Positions 27,373 through 37,121 of a DNA stretch of 64,000 nucleotides are shown here, in pieces. The stretch lies in assembly GCA_965231215.1 (NCBI GenBank), contig OZ246423.1, forward strand, positions 1,248,001 through 1,312,000, read 5' to 3'. This stretch comes from Candidatus Altimarinota bacterium. Lineage in GTDB: Bacteria > Patescibacteriota > Gracilibacteria > UBA4473. The notes beneath the pieces were generated by a model, which worked only from the letters and a program-made list of their open reading frames with translations, was not told the DNA's origin and did no database searches. Numbering within the stretch: the first letter of the stretch is position 1; every line of letters starts with the position of its first letter. The position numbers were made by a program, and so were the translations under genes.

Positions 27373-28814
27373 TGCCCTTAGTCAAAAAATCTTTAGCGGA
27401 GCTTTCAAGCCTACTTCAGTCTGGTGAAATCACTTCACGAGAACTGACCGAGGCGTTTATTGCCGAAATTGAAACCAAAGACAAAGACCTCAATGCCTTC
27501 GTAACAACTACTTTTGATTTTGCTCGTGAGCAAGCCAATAGTAGTGATAGTCGTTTGCAAACGGGAAAGGCGCTTTCGCCTTTGGATGGCATTCCGATGA
27601 CGCTTAAAGACGTAGTATCAACCAAAGGGATTAAAACTACAGCGAGTTCAAATATACTAAAAGACTTCAAACCCCCATATGATGCTACGGTTTGGCAGCG
27701 CCTTAAAGACGCAGGAGTAGTATTGCTTGGGAAGGTCAATACCGATGAATTTACTATGGGAGCCTCCACTGAAACTTCTGCTTTTGGGGTTACTAAAAAT
27801 CCTCATGATTTGACCCGAGTAGCCGGAGGTAGCTCTGGAGGCTCTGCCGCTGCTGTGGCGGCCAATATGTGTGCTGGAAGTATTGGCACTGATACTGGTG
27901 GGTCTATTCGACAACCAGCTCATTTTTGTGGCTGTACGGGGCTTAAAGTCTCGTATGGACGGGTGTCTCGTTGGGGCACTATTCCAATGGCTTCAAGTTT
28001 AGACACCGTAGGCCCTTTAGCCAAAACCCCAGAAGACTGTGCGATGATTATGAATATTATCGCGGGAAAAGATCCAAAAGACAGTACGACTCCCAATAGA
28101 GAAACTCCAGATTATACAAAAACACTAGGAGATAAAATCGCGGGAATGAAGATAGGGATTCCTAAAGAGTACTTTGTTGAAGGGATTGATCCAGATATTG
28201 TCGCGGTGTTAGAGTCTACTAAAGCTATTTTAGAAAACCTTGGAGCAAAAGTAGTAGAAGTCTCACTCCCTCATACTAAATATGCAGTGTCTGTGTACTA
28301 TATTGTGGCTCCCTCAGAAATTTCGGCCAATATGTCGCGGTTTGATGGTATACGGTTTGGGACAGCCTATGGTGAGAAAGACCTACAAGAAATCTACACA
28401 GAAACCCGCGAATCCGGATTTGGAGATGAAGTAAAAAGAAGAATTCTTATTGGTACTTATGCTCTCTCTGCCGGATATTATGATGCTTTTTACCGAAAAG
28501 CGCAGAAAGTAAGAACTTTGGTAAAGCAAGACTTTGAGAATACGTTTGAAGAAGTAGAAGCTCTTTTAGCTCCAAGCTTCCCGAGTGTGGCTACCAAAAT
28601 TGGGCATACCAGTGAAGACCCTCTACAGGCCTACATTGAAGACCTGTTAACGCTTCCCTCTAGTTTGGCTGGAATTTGTGGATTAACCGTTCCCGTAGGA
28701 TTTTCTAAAGACAAATTGCCTATTGGGCCTCAAATACTGTGTCCCGCTTATAAAGAAGAAAAGGCATTACAGATTGGACATCAGATTTATCAAGCAGTAC
28801 ATAAAAACGATTAA
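27372..28814 (+). CDS. gatA: Asp/Glu-tRNA amidotransferase subunit A
   Basis: Amidase signature GGSSGGSAAAV, GTDTGGSIRQPA; GFGDEVKRRILIGTY.LS.GYYDAFY. Confidence 0.97.
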   Translation: MPLVKKSLAELSSLLQSGEITSRELTEAFIAEIETKDKDLNAFVTTTFDFAREQANSSDSRLQTGKALSPLDGIPMTLKDVVSTKGIKTTASSNILKDFKPPYDATVWQRLKDAGVVLLGKVNTDEFTMGASTETSAFGVTKNPHDLTRVAGGSSGGSAAAVAANMCAGSIGTDTGGSIRQPAHFCGCTGLKVSYGRVSRWGTIPMASSLDTVGPLAKTPEDCAMIMNIIAGKDPKDSTTPNRETPDYTKTLGDKIAGMKIGIPKEYFVEGIDPDIVAVLESTKAILENLGAKVVEVSLPHTKYAVSVYYIVAPSEISANMSRFDGIRFGTAYGEKDLQEIYTETRESGFGDEVKRRILIGTYALSAGYYDAFYRKAQKVRTLVKQDFENTFEEVEALLAPSFPSVATKIGHTSEDPLQAYIEDLLTLPSSLAGICGLTVPVGFSKDKLPIGPQILCPAYKEEKALQIGHQIYQAVHKND

Positions 28815-28858
28815 TTTTACTTGTTGAATAACCTTGGACTTACTAGAATACTGGCCGA

Positions 28859-29926
28859 ATGAAAAAACTCTTTCTAGCTTCTGGTGAAAATTTTGCCGGA
28901 ACGGTTTTTGGAGCAGATACAGACACTTTAGGAGAAGTAGTTTTTACAACAGGAATGACTGGATATTTAGAAACTTTAACCGATCCAAGTTATTACGGAC
29001 AAATTGTGATCTTTACTTATCCATTAATTGGGAATTATGGTGTTTTCGACCCCAAACAAATGGTGCCAGGGGTAGATAAAACCTATGAATCAGAACGCAT
29101 TTGGGTAAAAGGAGTTATCCTTACAGAAGTTTCTGAAGCATTTTCGCACTGTGAAGCTTTCCAAAACTTTGATGCATGGCTTAAAGCGCACAACATTCCA
29201 GGGCTCGCAGGCGTAGACACCCGAGCCCTTACCCAAAGTTTGCGAGAGCATGGATGCATTATGGGAAATATGGGAAAAAATCCGGCAACAGACTTTGAAG
29301 ATAAGCTTAAAGGACGTTATGTACCAGAAGTTTCCCCTACAGAAACCACTATCTTAGAACCTGAAAATCCAAAAGGGAAAACGATAGCCTTTGTAGACTG
29401 TGGAGCTAAAAATGGAATTTTTAGAAACTTTTTAGACCGAGGTATTCGGGTAATCCGATATCCCTTTGATGTGAATCCATTTGAAGGGGAGCATAAATTT
29501 GATGGGATTTTCTTTTCTAACGGCCCTGGAGATCCAGAAGCCGTTACAGAAACTATAGACACTATGAAAGTAGCATTAGAAAAAGATATACCAATCTTTG
29601 GAATTTGTTTGGGGTGCCAGATGTTAGGACTTGCTGCTGGCGGAAAAACTGTGAAAATGAAATATGGACATCGAGGAGTGAATCAGCCAGTTCAAGAATG
29701 TTCAAGCGGGCACTGTATGGTAACGACTCAAAATCACGGATATGTGGTAGAAGCCGAAAGTTTACCTGCTGATTTTGAAGTCTGGTTTAAAAACCTGAAT
29801 GACGACTCGGTTGAAGGAGTACGACACAAAACCAAACCAGTCTTTGCGGCCCAATTTCATCCTGAAGCTTGCGGAGGCCCCGAAGATGCACAGTATTTAT
29901 TTGATGATTTTATAAAAGCCCTCTAA
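28859..29926 (+). CDS. carA: Carbamoyl-phosphate synthase small subunit
   Basis: GEVVFTTGMTGY.ETLTDPSY.GQ, SNGPGDP, GICLG, QNHGY, QFHPEA. Confidence 0.96.
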   Translation: MKKLFLASGENFAGTVFGADTDTLGEVVFTTGMTGYLETLTDPSYYGQIVIFTYPLIGNYGVFDPKQMVPGVDKTYESERIWVKGVILTEVSEAFSHCEAFQNFDAWLKAHNIPGLAGVDTRALTQSLREHGCIMGNMGKNPATDFEDKLKGRYVPEVSPTETTILEPENPKGKTIAFVDCGAKNGIFRNFLDRGIRVIRYPFDVNPFEGEHKFDGIFFSNGPGDPEAVTETIDTMKVALEKDIPIFGICLGCQMLGLAAGGKTVKMKYGHRGVNQPVQECSSGHCMVTTQNHGYVVEAESLPADFEVWFKNLNDDSVEGVRHKTKPVFAAQFHPEACGGPEDAQYLFDDFIKAL

Positions 29927-29941
29927 ACTGGACGAGATTAG

Positions 29942-30796
29942 ATGACTTTAGAAAATACAGCACTAAAATTCCAAAACGTTCACAAGAAATATGGCGATTT
30001 TACCGCACTTAAAAACGTTACTTTTGAAGTAAAAGAAGGAGAATTTATTGCGCTTCTTGGGCCGAATGGAGCCGGAAAAACAACGCTTATTAATTGTCTA
30101 AATGGATTGACCTCCCGTAATGGAGGTGAAATATCTGTATTTGGTGAAGACCCAGAAAAAAATCCCCTATCGACTAAAATGAATTTGGGAATTGTAGAAC
30201 AAGAACTGGTATTTGATCCCTTTTTTACGCCTTTAGAGATGCTTCGTCTACGTCGAGGTCTATTTGGCCTTAAACCGGATGAAGCCTATGTAAATTGGTT
30301 ACTGGAAAAACTCAGCCTTGAAGATAAAAAAAAGGTTCGTGCGAGAGAACTTTCTGGCGGAATGAAACGAAGACTTATGATTGCTAAAGCTTTAGCTCAT
30401 GAACCCAAAATTTTAATTCTAGATGAACCTACAGCTGGAGTAGACGTTGAATTGCGTAATGCTTTATATGACTTTTTACGAGCATTGAGAAAACAAGGTC
30501 TTACGATTGTGTTAACTACCCATTACCTAGAAGAAGCAGAGTTGTTGGCTGATCGTGTAGCGATTCAAAACCTAGGAGAAACCGTTGTCTTTGAGGATAC
30601 AAAAAAACTTTTAGCCACTAAAAATAGATGGTTATGTGTGGAATTTGAAGATGGAACTGTTGGGAAATTTGAACTTAAAGCCGATACCAGTGTTAGAAAA
30701 ACGCTTGATAGCTTTGGTTCTAAGAAAATTAAAGATCTCAAAATCCAAGAACCCAATTTAGAAGAAATATTTTTAGAATTTACGCACCAAAAATGA
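29942..30796 (+). CDS. ABC-2 type transporter ATP-binding protein (YadG-like)
   Basis: GPNGAGKTT, LSGGMKRR, ILDEPTAGVD, LTTHYLEEAE. Confidence 0.93.
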   Translation: MTLENTALKFQNVHKKYGDFTALKNVTFEVKEGEFIALLGPNGAGKTTLINCLNGLTSRNGGEISVFGEDPEKNPLSTKMNLGIVEQELVFDPFFTPLEMLRLRRGLFGLKPDEAYVNWLLEKLSLEDKKKVRARELSGGMKRRLMIAKALAHEPKILILDEPTAGVDVELRNALYDFLRALRKQGLTIVLTTHYLEEAELLADRVAIQNLGETVVFEDTKKLLATKNRWLCVEFEDGTVGKFELKADTSVRKTLDSFGSKKIKDLKIQEPNLEEIFLEFTHQK

Positions 30797-31560
30797 TTCA
30801 CCCTATTCGGCTCTGGACCCTTACCTGGAAAGAAACTTGCCGGTTTCTGAAAGTCTGGAGCCAAACCGTAGGATCACCAGTCGTAATTGCGGTGATGTAT
30901 TTTGCTGTATTCGGTGGGGCTCTAGGATCAAAAATCACAGAATTAAAAGGCGTCCCCTACTCTATTTTTATTATTCCAGGATTAGTGCTTTTACAATCCA
31001 CCACTAACGCCTTTATGAATCCTTCAAGTTCCCTTATTATCGCTAAATATAGTGGAACTATGTCTGATATATTGCTGCCTCCCCTGTCGGCCTTAGAAAA
31101 AACTTTGGGGTATTTGTTGGGAGGGCTTTTTCGGGGAATAATGGTGTCCATTTTGATATTTTTGGTAGCTGGATTTTTTACTGGAAAATATATTCCAGAA
31201 CATTGGGACGTATTTATTTTAATGCTTATTTTGGCTAATGGAGCCTTTGCCCTTCTAGGAACGCTTGTTGGAATTTGGGCCAAAAACTTTGATCAAATTT
31301 CAGGATTTTCAACTTTTGTAATTACCCCGATGGGGTTTTTAGGAGCTATCTTTTATAGTCTGGAAATGTTGCCGCCACTGGCCCAAAAAATGTCACTCTT
31401 TAATCCGTTCTTTTATTTTTCTGATGGCCTTAGATATGGCTTTTTGGGGGTTAATGAAGTCGATCCACAGTTTAGTATTGGGATGACTCTAGCCATCTTT
31501 GTAGTCCTGTTTATATTAAACCTTTGGGCCTTTCATAAAAATTGGCGATTAGGTATTTGA
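30793..31560 (+). CDS. ABC-2 type transporter permease (YadH-like)
   Basis: KET.RF.KVW.QT...PV, PGL.L, FLGAIFYS...LP, NPFFY..DG.RYGFLG; ATGA overlap with the ATPase gene. Confidence 0.9.
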   Translation: MIHPIRLWTLTWKETCRFLKVWSQTVGSPVVIAVMYFAVFGGALGSKITELKGVPYSIFIIPGLVLLQSTTNAFMNPSSSLIIAKYSGTMSDILLPPLSALEKTLGYLLGGLFRGIMVSILIFLVAGFFTGKYIPEHWDVFILMLILANGAFALLGTLVGIWAKNFDQISGFSTFVITPMGFLGAIFYSLEMLPPLAQKMSLFNPFFYFSDGLRYGFLGVNEVDPQFSIGMTLAIFVVLFILNLWAFHKNWRLGI

Positions 31561-31591
31561 TTGTTTTGTAAAATATTCTAGAATTCATCAG

Positions 31592-33238
31592 ATGAAAATA
31601 TTACTACTTGGCTCTGGAGCTCTAAAAATTGGAGAGGCCGGAGAGTTTGATTATTCTGGTTCTCAAGCCATTAAAACTTTCAAAAGACATGGGCATGAAG
31701 TAGTCCTAATAAACCCAAATATTGCGACGGTTCAAACAGATCCAAAAAACTTTGCCCCCTCAGAAAACTGTGCTGATAAAGTTTATTTTTTGCCCGTGAC
31801 TCCCAACTTTGTAGAAAAAGTAATAGAGAAAGAATCACCAGAAGCGCTCGTGCTTTCATTCGGCGGACAAACAGCGCTTAACTGTGGACTAGACCTGGAA
31901 GAAATGGGAATTCTCAAAAAGCATAAAGTAAAGGTTCTTGGCACCCCCGTAGAGGTTATTAGAGCCACGGAAGATCGAGAAATTTTTGTAAAAAAATGCA
32001 CGGAAATTGGAGTGAAAACACCTAGATCCATTCCGGCTTATTCTATGCAAGAAGCTAAAGCTGCGGCTAAAGAAATTGGGTTTCCTCTTATTATGCGTGC
32101 CGGTTTTGCTTTAGGAGGGAAGGGGTCAGGATTTTGTGAAACAGAAGATAAATTTGAAGGCATGGTAAAAGATGCACTTTCATTTTCTCCTCAGGTACTA
32201 GTAGAAGAAGACCTTCGCGGATGGAAAGAGCTAGAATATGAAGTAGTTCGAGATGGCGAAGATAACTGTATTACCGTAGTGAATATGGAAAATTTTGATC
32301 CATTAGGAATTCATACCGGTGAATCTATTGTTATTTCTCCATCACAAACTCTTTCTAATGCAGAATGGCAACTACTCAGAACTACCGCTATCAAAACGAT
32401 CCGACATTTAGGCATTGTAGGAGAATGTAATATTCAATATGCTCTCGATCCAAATAACTCGGAAGAATATAGAGTCATTGAGGTAAATCCGAGGTTGAGT
32501 AGAAGTTCTGCCTTAGCCTCAAAGGCCACAGGATACCCTCTGGCTGCCGTGGCGGCAGAAATTATTTTGGGAAATCCTCTGTATAAGATCCCAAATGCTA
32601 TTACGAAAGAAACAACCGCTTTTTTTGAGCCAGCACTGGATTATGTAGCGCTCAAAATACCTCGATGGGATCTTCAAAAGTTTAGAAAGGTAAGCCATCA
32701 AATCGCTACAGAAATGAAATCTGTAGGGGAAGTTATGGCTTTGGGACGAAACTTCCCTGAAGTGGTACAAAAAGCGGTTCGAATGTTGGGTATTGGAAGC
32801 CATGGAATACTTGATGCGCCAGCTAAATTTGAAGATAAAGCCGATGTTGAGGAAAATTTGAGAATGGCTTCTCCCAGAAGAATCTTCGCAGTCGCAGAAG
32901 GACTCTATCAAGACTACTTTACCGTAGATGAAATCTTTGAGATGACCAAAATTGATCGATGGTTTTTAATGCAAATGAAACGAATTACTGATTTTGCTCA
33001 AAGATTAGAAAAATCAGGAATAAAAAATCCAGAAATAATTAAAGAAGCTAAGGTTTTAGGATTTGCTGATCAAGAAATTGCACGTCTCACAGGAAAATCT
33101 TTTAAAGAAATATACCAAATGCGTAGAGACCACAATATTGCGCCTGTAACCAAGCAAATAGACACTCTGGCAGCGGAATTTCCAGCTCAAACAAATTACT
33201 TGTATACGACCTACTTAGGAAACAAAAACGACGTCTAG
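31592..33238 (+). CDS. carB: Carbamoyl-phosphate synthase large subunit, N-terminal half only (split CarB1)
   Basis: LGSGALKIGEAGEFDYSGSQA, GIHTGES, IEVNPRLSRSSALASKATGYP, KQIDTLAAEFPA.TNYLY.TY; stops at 548 aa, just before the second ATP-grasp half. Confidence 0.9.
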   Translation: MKILLLGSGALKIGEAGEFDYSGSQAIKTFKRHGHEVVLINPNIATVQTDPKNFAPSENCADKVYFLPVTPNFVEKVIEKESPEALVLSFGGQTALNCGLDLEEMGILKKHKVKVLGTPVEVIRATEDREIFVKKCTEIGVKTPRSIPAYSMQEAKAAAKEIGFPLIMRAGFALGGKGSGFCETEDKFEGMVKDALSFSPQVLVEEDLRGWKELEYEVVRDGEDNCITVVNMENFDPLGIHTGESIVISPSQTLSNAEWQLLRTTAIKTIRHLGIVGECNIQYALDPNNSEEYRVIEVNPRLSRSSALASKATGYPLAAVAAEIILGNPLYKIPNAITKETTAFFEPALDYVALKIPRWDLQKFRKVSHQIATEMKSVGEVMALGRNFPEVVQKAVRMLGIGSHGILDAPAKFEDKADVEENLRMASPRRIFAVAEGLYQDYFTVDEIFEMTKIDRWFLMQMKRITDFAQRLEKSGIKNPEIIKEAKVLGFADQEIARLTGKSFKEIYQMRRDHNIAPVTKQIDTLAAEFPAQTNYLYTTYLGNKNDV

Positions 33239-33303
33239 CCGTGTTTTCTGACTTAAGCCTTTGATAGATTGATTTTGTACTTGTTTTATGATATAATTAA
33301 AAG

Positions 33304-34074
33304 ATGGCACAAGATGCATCTTCGGATAAAAGAATTTTAAAGGGCTTTACCTCAGGTACTGAAAAATTAGTAAAAGGGGCTGGAGACTTTGTAGGAGGCA
33401 CTCTAAATACCGTTGGAGATGCCGTTTCTGCGCCTTTTAAGCTGACACAAGATAAAACCTCATATGAGATTTTTAAATTTAAAAGGAAAATTTATGATAT
33501 AGAAAAAACTTGTACCTTTGACAATGAATGGCTTACAACTGCCGTATTTTCATTTGTTACTGGAACTGGGAACACCCATGATGAAGTACTTTTAGCACTT
33601 CATGAAGTTCAAAAAGAGTACTTTTTTGGGGATAGGGCTAAAAAGTTATTGAGATGGAGGCAATACAAAGTGATAGATGGTGGTATTGAAATTGAGTGGG
33701 ATGAAACGAAACAGGGATTCTTAATGACCTACAAAATCAAAGTGGTTCGAGCTGAAGATCCTAAAGAAACTCAAAACATGCTATTTGGGAGGGGGTACTT
33801 TAGAGTCTTTTTTGGGGATACGTCAGAAGAGGAGATGAAAAAATTTATTACCTCCAAAATAAGACCAGAAGTGGAAGACCTAAATAACACTCTTAGAAGT
33901 GATGATAAGCGGTATCCATACTTTAAGCCCGCTAACTATAGAAAAGATCCACCAGAGGGCTCTAAAAATCAACCTCTAATTTATTTTTCAAATAAATTGG
34001 ACATAGAGGGGCCAGAAAAGATAACTGTTCTAGGGGGGGAACAGTTTACCGCCTTCTTTGATACTATGAGGTAG
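33304..34074 (+). CDS. Hypothetical protein (256 aa)
   Basis: Long ORF with its own promoter TTGATT-17-TATAAT, 6 nt before the ATG. Confidence 0.75.
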   Translation: MAQDASSDKRILKGFTSGTEKLVKGAGDFVGGTLNTVGDAVSAPFKLTQDKTSYEIFKFKRKIYDIEKTCTFDNEWLTTAVFSFVTGTGNTHDEVLLALHEVQKEYFFGDRAKKLLRWRQYKVIDGGIEIEWDETKQGFLMTYKIKVVRAEDPKETQNMLFGRGYFRVFFGDTSEEEMKKFITSKIRPEVEDLNNTLRSDDKRYPYFKPANYRKDPPEGSKNQPLIYFSNKLDIEGPEKITVLGGEQFTAFFDTMR

Positions 34075-34075
34075 C

Positions 34076-34630
34076 TTACTTAGAGGCTTGTTCAGCCTCA
34101 TCAGCAGGCGCGGCTTCTTTTTTGGTTTCAGCTTTTACTTCCTCAGTTACTTCAGGAGTTTTTGCTGTTGCCTCTTCTGGTGCTTCTGCTGGAGTTTCAG
34201 CTGTTTCAGCCGCTTTGGCCTCGCTCACAGGAGCTTCTGCAGTTTCTGGTTTAGGCAATTCAAATGCTTTTTCTTGAAGTTCTAGTGGCACCTCTTTCAT
34301 TCGAAGAGCTTTTCCACTCAGATCCCTGAGGTAATTTAATTTAGCTCGTCTAACTTTATGAGCTCGAATAACTTCAATTTTAACAATAGTAGGAGAGTGT
34401 ACCGGGAAAGTTTTTTCTACGCCAATTCCTTCTGACACCTTTCTTACTGTAAAAGTGTCATTTACCCCATGTCCAGCATTAGTCGCAATAACGGTTCCCT
34501 GAAACACTTGTACTCGTTCTTTATTACCTTCCTTGATCTTTTGATGTACCGCCACTAGGTAGCCTGGCCTCACATCGGGTACTTTAGCCTTACAAAATTG
34601 AGCTTCAAATTGGTGGATGGTTTTTGACAT
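34076..34630 (-). CDS. rplS: 50S ribosomal protein L19 with Ala/Glu-rich C-terminal extension
   Basis: [49 protein letters not shown]. Confidence 0.96.
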   Translation of the reverse strand: MSKTIHQFEAQFCKAKVPDVRPGYLVAVHQKIKEGNKERVQVFQGTVIATNAGHGVNDTFTVRKVSEGIGVEKTFPVHSPTIVKIEVIRAHKVRRAKLNYLRDLSGKALRMKEVPLELQEKAFELPKPETAEAPVSEAKAAETAETPAEAPEEATAKTPEVTEEVKAETKKEAAPADEAEQASK

Positions 34631-34649
34631 ATCTAAATACGGGTAAATT

Positions 34650-34684
34650 CTGGGCGATTATATGAAGGTAAAAGCACTTGGCAA
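34650..34684 (-). promoter_or_regulatory. Promoter of rplS
   Basis: - strand TTGCCA, 16 nt spacer, TATAAT, then CGCCCAG. Confidence 0.65.
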
Positions 34685-34708
34685 ATTTTTTGATGAAAAA
34701 ATGTATTC

Positions 34709-35278
34709 TTATAAAAGGCCTTCTGTGTCTTTCTTTAACTTATTTTTTAAAATAAGGTTATCTTTGTTTCCAAAAAGATTCATAACAAACTTATCTTTTA
34801 GCGTGATTCGATATAAGAAATCTTCTCGAGTCATTACGCCGAATTTAACGTCTTCACCTGCAAATTGCTCTTTAACAAAAACCCCTAGATCAGATTCTTT
34901 AACACTGCCCACTACAAAAAGGTCAATGTCAGACTTTGTGTCCACAAATTGCCCTGTAAGTACACATAGGTCAACATCCCCTAACTTGGAAAGTTTCTTG
35001 AGCAGGTTTTGATTGCCTTCATCTGTCTTACGAATAATAGAGGTAAATTCATGCAGTAATGGAAAGTGTGGATTCACATGATAGTATTTTTTGCGGTTTT
35101 TTTCTCTAGATTTAAGCATTCCAATCGATTCTAGATTTTCTAGTTCTCTACGAAGTGAGTTAATTTGTTCATCTAAGATACGAGTAAGTTCCCTGATAAA
35201 AAACTCCTCTTCTGGGTTGAGAAGAAATTGCTTGAGGAGCTTTACTCTAGCCCCGGAACCAAATACTTTTTTGAGCAT
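34709..35278 (-). CDS. Winged-HTH protein with C-terminal degenerate nucleotidyltransferase-like domain
   Basis: FGS.ARVKLL..FL.NP...FIREL.R.L.EQINS.RREL.NL; DIDLFVVG. Confidence 0.75.
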   Translation of the reverse strand: MLKKVFGSGARVKLLKQFLLNPEEEFFIRELTRILDEQINSLRRELENLESIGMLKSREKNRKKYYHVNPHFPLLHEFTSIIRKTDEGNQNLLKKLSKLGDVDLCVLTGQFVDTKSDIDLFVVGSVKESDLGVFVKEQFAGEDVKFGVMTREDFLYRITLKDKFVMNLFGNKDNLILKNKLKKDTEGLL

Positions 35279-35490
35279 TATTTGTGTACGTAACCCTACA
35301 GTGCAAAAAATGTATTCGGTTTTGAGTTAAATGTCAATTTTTTTTTATTACAAAATTAATAAAATCCTTTTGTAATAAGGTTTTTGTTGATTAAAAAAAC
35401 TTATCATGAACCTAATATTTTATCAGATTGTTCAAAAATTTTGTTCATTTCCTGCGGTATTGAATAAAATTATTGTTCAAAAATAAGAAT

Positions 35491-35517
35491 ACAAAAAAAG
35501 CCTTTATACAAGGCTTT
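35491..35517 (-). terminator. Intrinsic terminator after the tig-lapA-like unit
   Basis: - strand AAAGCCTT-GTATA-AAGGCTTTTTTT. Confidence 0.65.
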
Positions 35518-35541
35518 AAGATGATTTGGATGAATCAAGAA

Positions 35542-35787
35542 TTAAATGTCGGCGTCTTCATAATCATTATCATCCTTTTTGCCAGAAAGGATTGCCAAAC
35601 CACAAAATATGCCCCCAATAAACCCCATCATCATAATGAAGAGCATCGGCCAGAACATACTGCCTATCACTGGCTCAAAGAAAATCATAACTCCTGGAGC
35701 CTGAATAACGATATTTTCAAAACATACAATAAGCCCTAGCACCAGAATGAATGCCATAAAACCGAGATAGACATACCGCATATTCAT
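35542..35787 (-). CDS. Small two-TM membrane protein (LapA/DUF1049-like)
   Basis: TM, FEN, TM, acidic tail; 13 nt downstream of tig. Confidence 0.7.
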   Translation of the reverse strand: MNMRYVYLGFMAFILVLGLIVCFENIVIQAPGVMIFFEPVIGSMFWPMLFIMMMGFIGGIFCGLAILSGKKDDNDYEDADI

Positions 35788-35800
35788 TTCTATTTTTGTT

Positions 35801-37069
35801 TTATCCCTCCATTATAGCCGATCTAAGGAATTTGTCAATCTTCATATTCATGACAGCCTTCTCGACCTCTAGGTCATGGGCATAGCCTTTTTGACCATCT
35901 TGACCGAGATTATTATGCGCTATTTGTTTGGCTATCGCAAATTCATCTTTGTCCAACTCAATATTTTCTTGCTTAACGATTTCAGAGAGTCCCAAAAATA
36001 CTTTAAGGTCTTTGGCCCCTTCTGCACGCATTTCTTCTTTATAATCCTTTTCAGACTTACCCATAACCTTCCAAAAGGCTCCCGGATCATTTTTAAACTG
36101 TGGATTGTGTTCTAAGCGTTGCATTCGTGTATGCACTTCCCTATCAAGCCAACTTTCTGGGAGGTCGGTTTTTACCAGTGGGGCTAGTTTGTCAGTATAA
36201 GTTTCCGTGTCTTTTCGTTCAGTTTCTCGGGCTTTATTCTGGGTGATATTATCTTTTACCTTTTCTTTGAGTTCTTTTACTGAAATCTTTTCACCACAGA
36301 GCTGCTCCACTTGTGCTTCAGTTAGGGCTTCCACGTCAATTTCAAAGACCTGGTGAAGTTTGATGTCAAAAGGAACGGTCTTTCCAGCGAAATCTGGAGA
36401 ATGGTAGTCCTTTGGGAATTTAACTTTTACCGCTTTCTTTTCATCCCCGGCCTTCATCCCGATATAAGCTTTCTCTAGATCAGGTAGAAAGTGCCCCATT
36501 CCGAGTCTGAATTTTTGGTTTTTTCCTCCCGTATTAGGGAGCTCTTCGCCTTTTTCATCCTTACCTGAAAAATCAACTTCTACTAAATCTTTATCTTTAG
36601 CTTCTCTGGGGACGGGGTTGCCTAAGCTTAGTTGGCTACAGGCTGTTTCTAGAGCCTCAATAGCCTCATGGTCTTTTACTTCTACTTTGGTCTTTGTAAC
36701 TTTGATTTTTTTATAGTCTCCCAGTTTTACTTCTGGATAAACCTCTACAGTAATGTTAACACTCATGGGCATTTCTTTGGCGTCTTGTATATCTACTTCA
36801 GGCTGATTAATAACAGAAAGTTGATTTTTGGTTATAAAGGCTGAATAAGCTGAATCAATGCTGTGGCTCATGGACTCATGCATTAACCGCTCTGGACCAA
36901 TAGAACCAATAACCATATCATCTGGTGCATGTCCTTTTCTAAACCCTTTTATGGCTAAATGTTGCCGAGCATTATCAACCACTTTTTTCTGAGCGGCTTT
37001 TAAATCTGGTTCTTCAATTGTTAAAACAAAGTGAACTTTTGATCCTGGAAGTGTTTTGTAGTTTGCCAT
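35801..37069 (-). CDS. tig: Trigger factor
   Basis: IKGFRKGHAP signature; FKBP domain VEVDFSG...LGMGHFLPDLE...FPKDYH. Confidence 0.95.
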   Translation of the reverse strand: MANYKTLPGSKVHFVLTIEEPDLKAAQKKVVDNARQHLAIKGFRKGHAPDDMVIGSIGPERLMHESMSHSIDSAYSAFITKNQLSVINQPEVDIQDAKEMPMSVNITVEVYPEVKLGDYKKIKVTKTKVEVKDHEAIEALETACSQLSLGNPVPREAKDKDLVEVDFSGKDEKGEELPNTGGKNQKFRLGMGHFLPDLEKAYIGMKAGDEKKAVKVKFPKDYHSPDFAGKTVPFDIKLHQVFEIDVEALTEAQVEQLCGEKISVKELKEKVKDNITQNKARETERKDTETYTDKLAPLVKTDLPESWLDREVHTRMQRLEHNPQFKNDPGAFWKVMGKSEKDYKEEMRAEGAKDLKVFLGLSEIVKQENIELDKDEFAIAKQIAHNNLGQDGQKGYAHDLEVEKAVMNMKIDKFLRSAIMEG

Positions 37070-37085
37070 AGATGAGTAAAAATTA

Positions 37086-37121
37086 GTGCCCGCATGCTAA
37101 GAAAAACCCTTAAATTGGCAA
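37086..37121 (-). promoter_or_regulatory. Promoter of tig, overlapping the start of the divergent gene
   Basis: - strand TTGCCA, 16 nt spacer, TAGCAT, then GCGGGCAC. Confidence 0.55.

Noticed and set aside
33236-33256. Readthrough of the carB TAG into a second half
   Set aside because: The frame closes at TAA five codons later and the downstream sequence is unrelated to CPS.
34709-35278. Complete MNT-HEPN toxin-antitoxin system
   Set aside because: No adjacent HEPN (Rx4-6H) gene; the neighbours are rplS and a small membrane protein.
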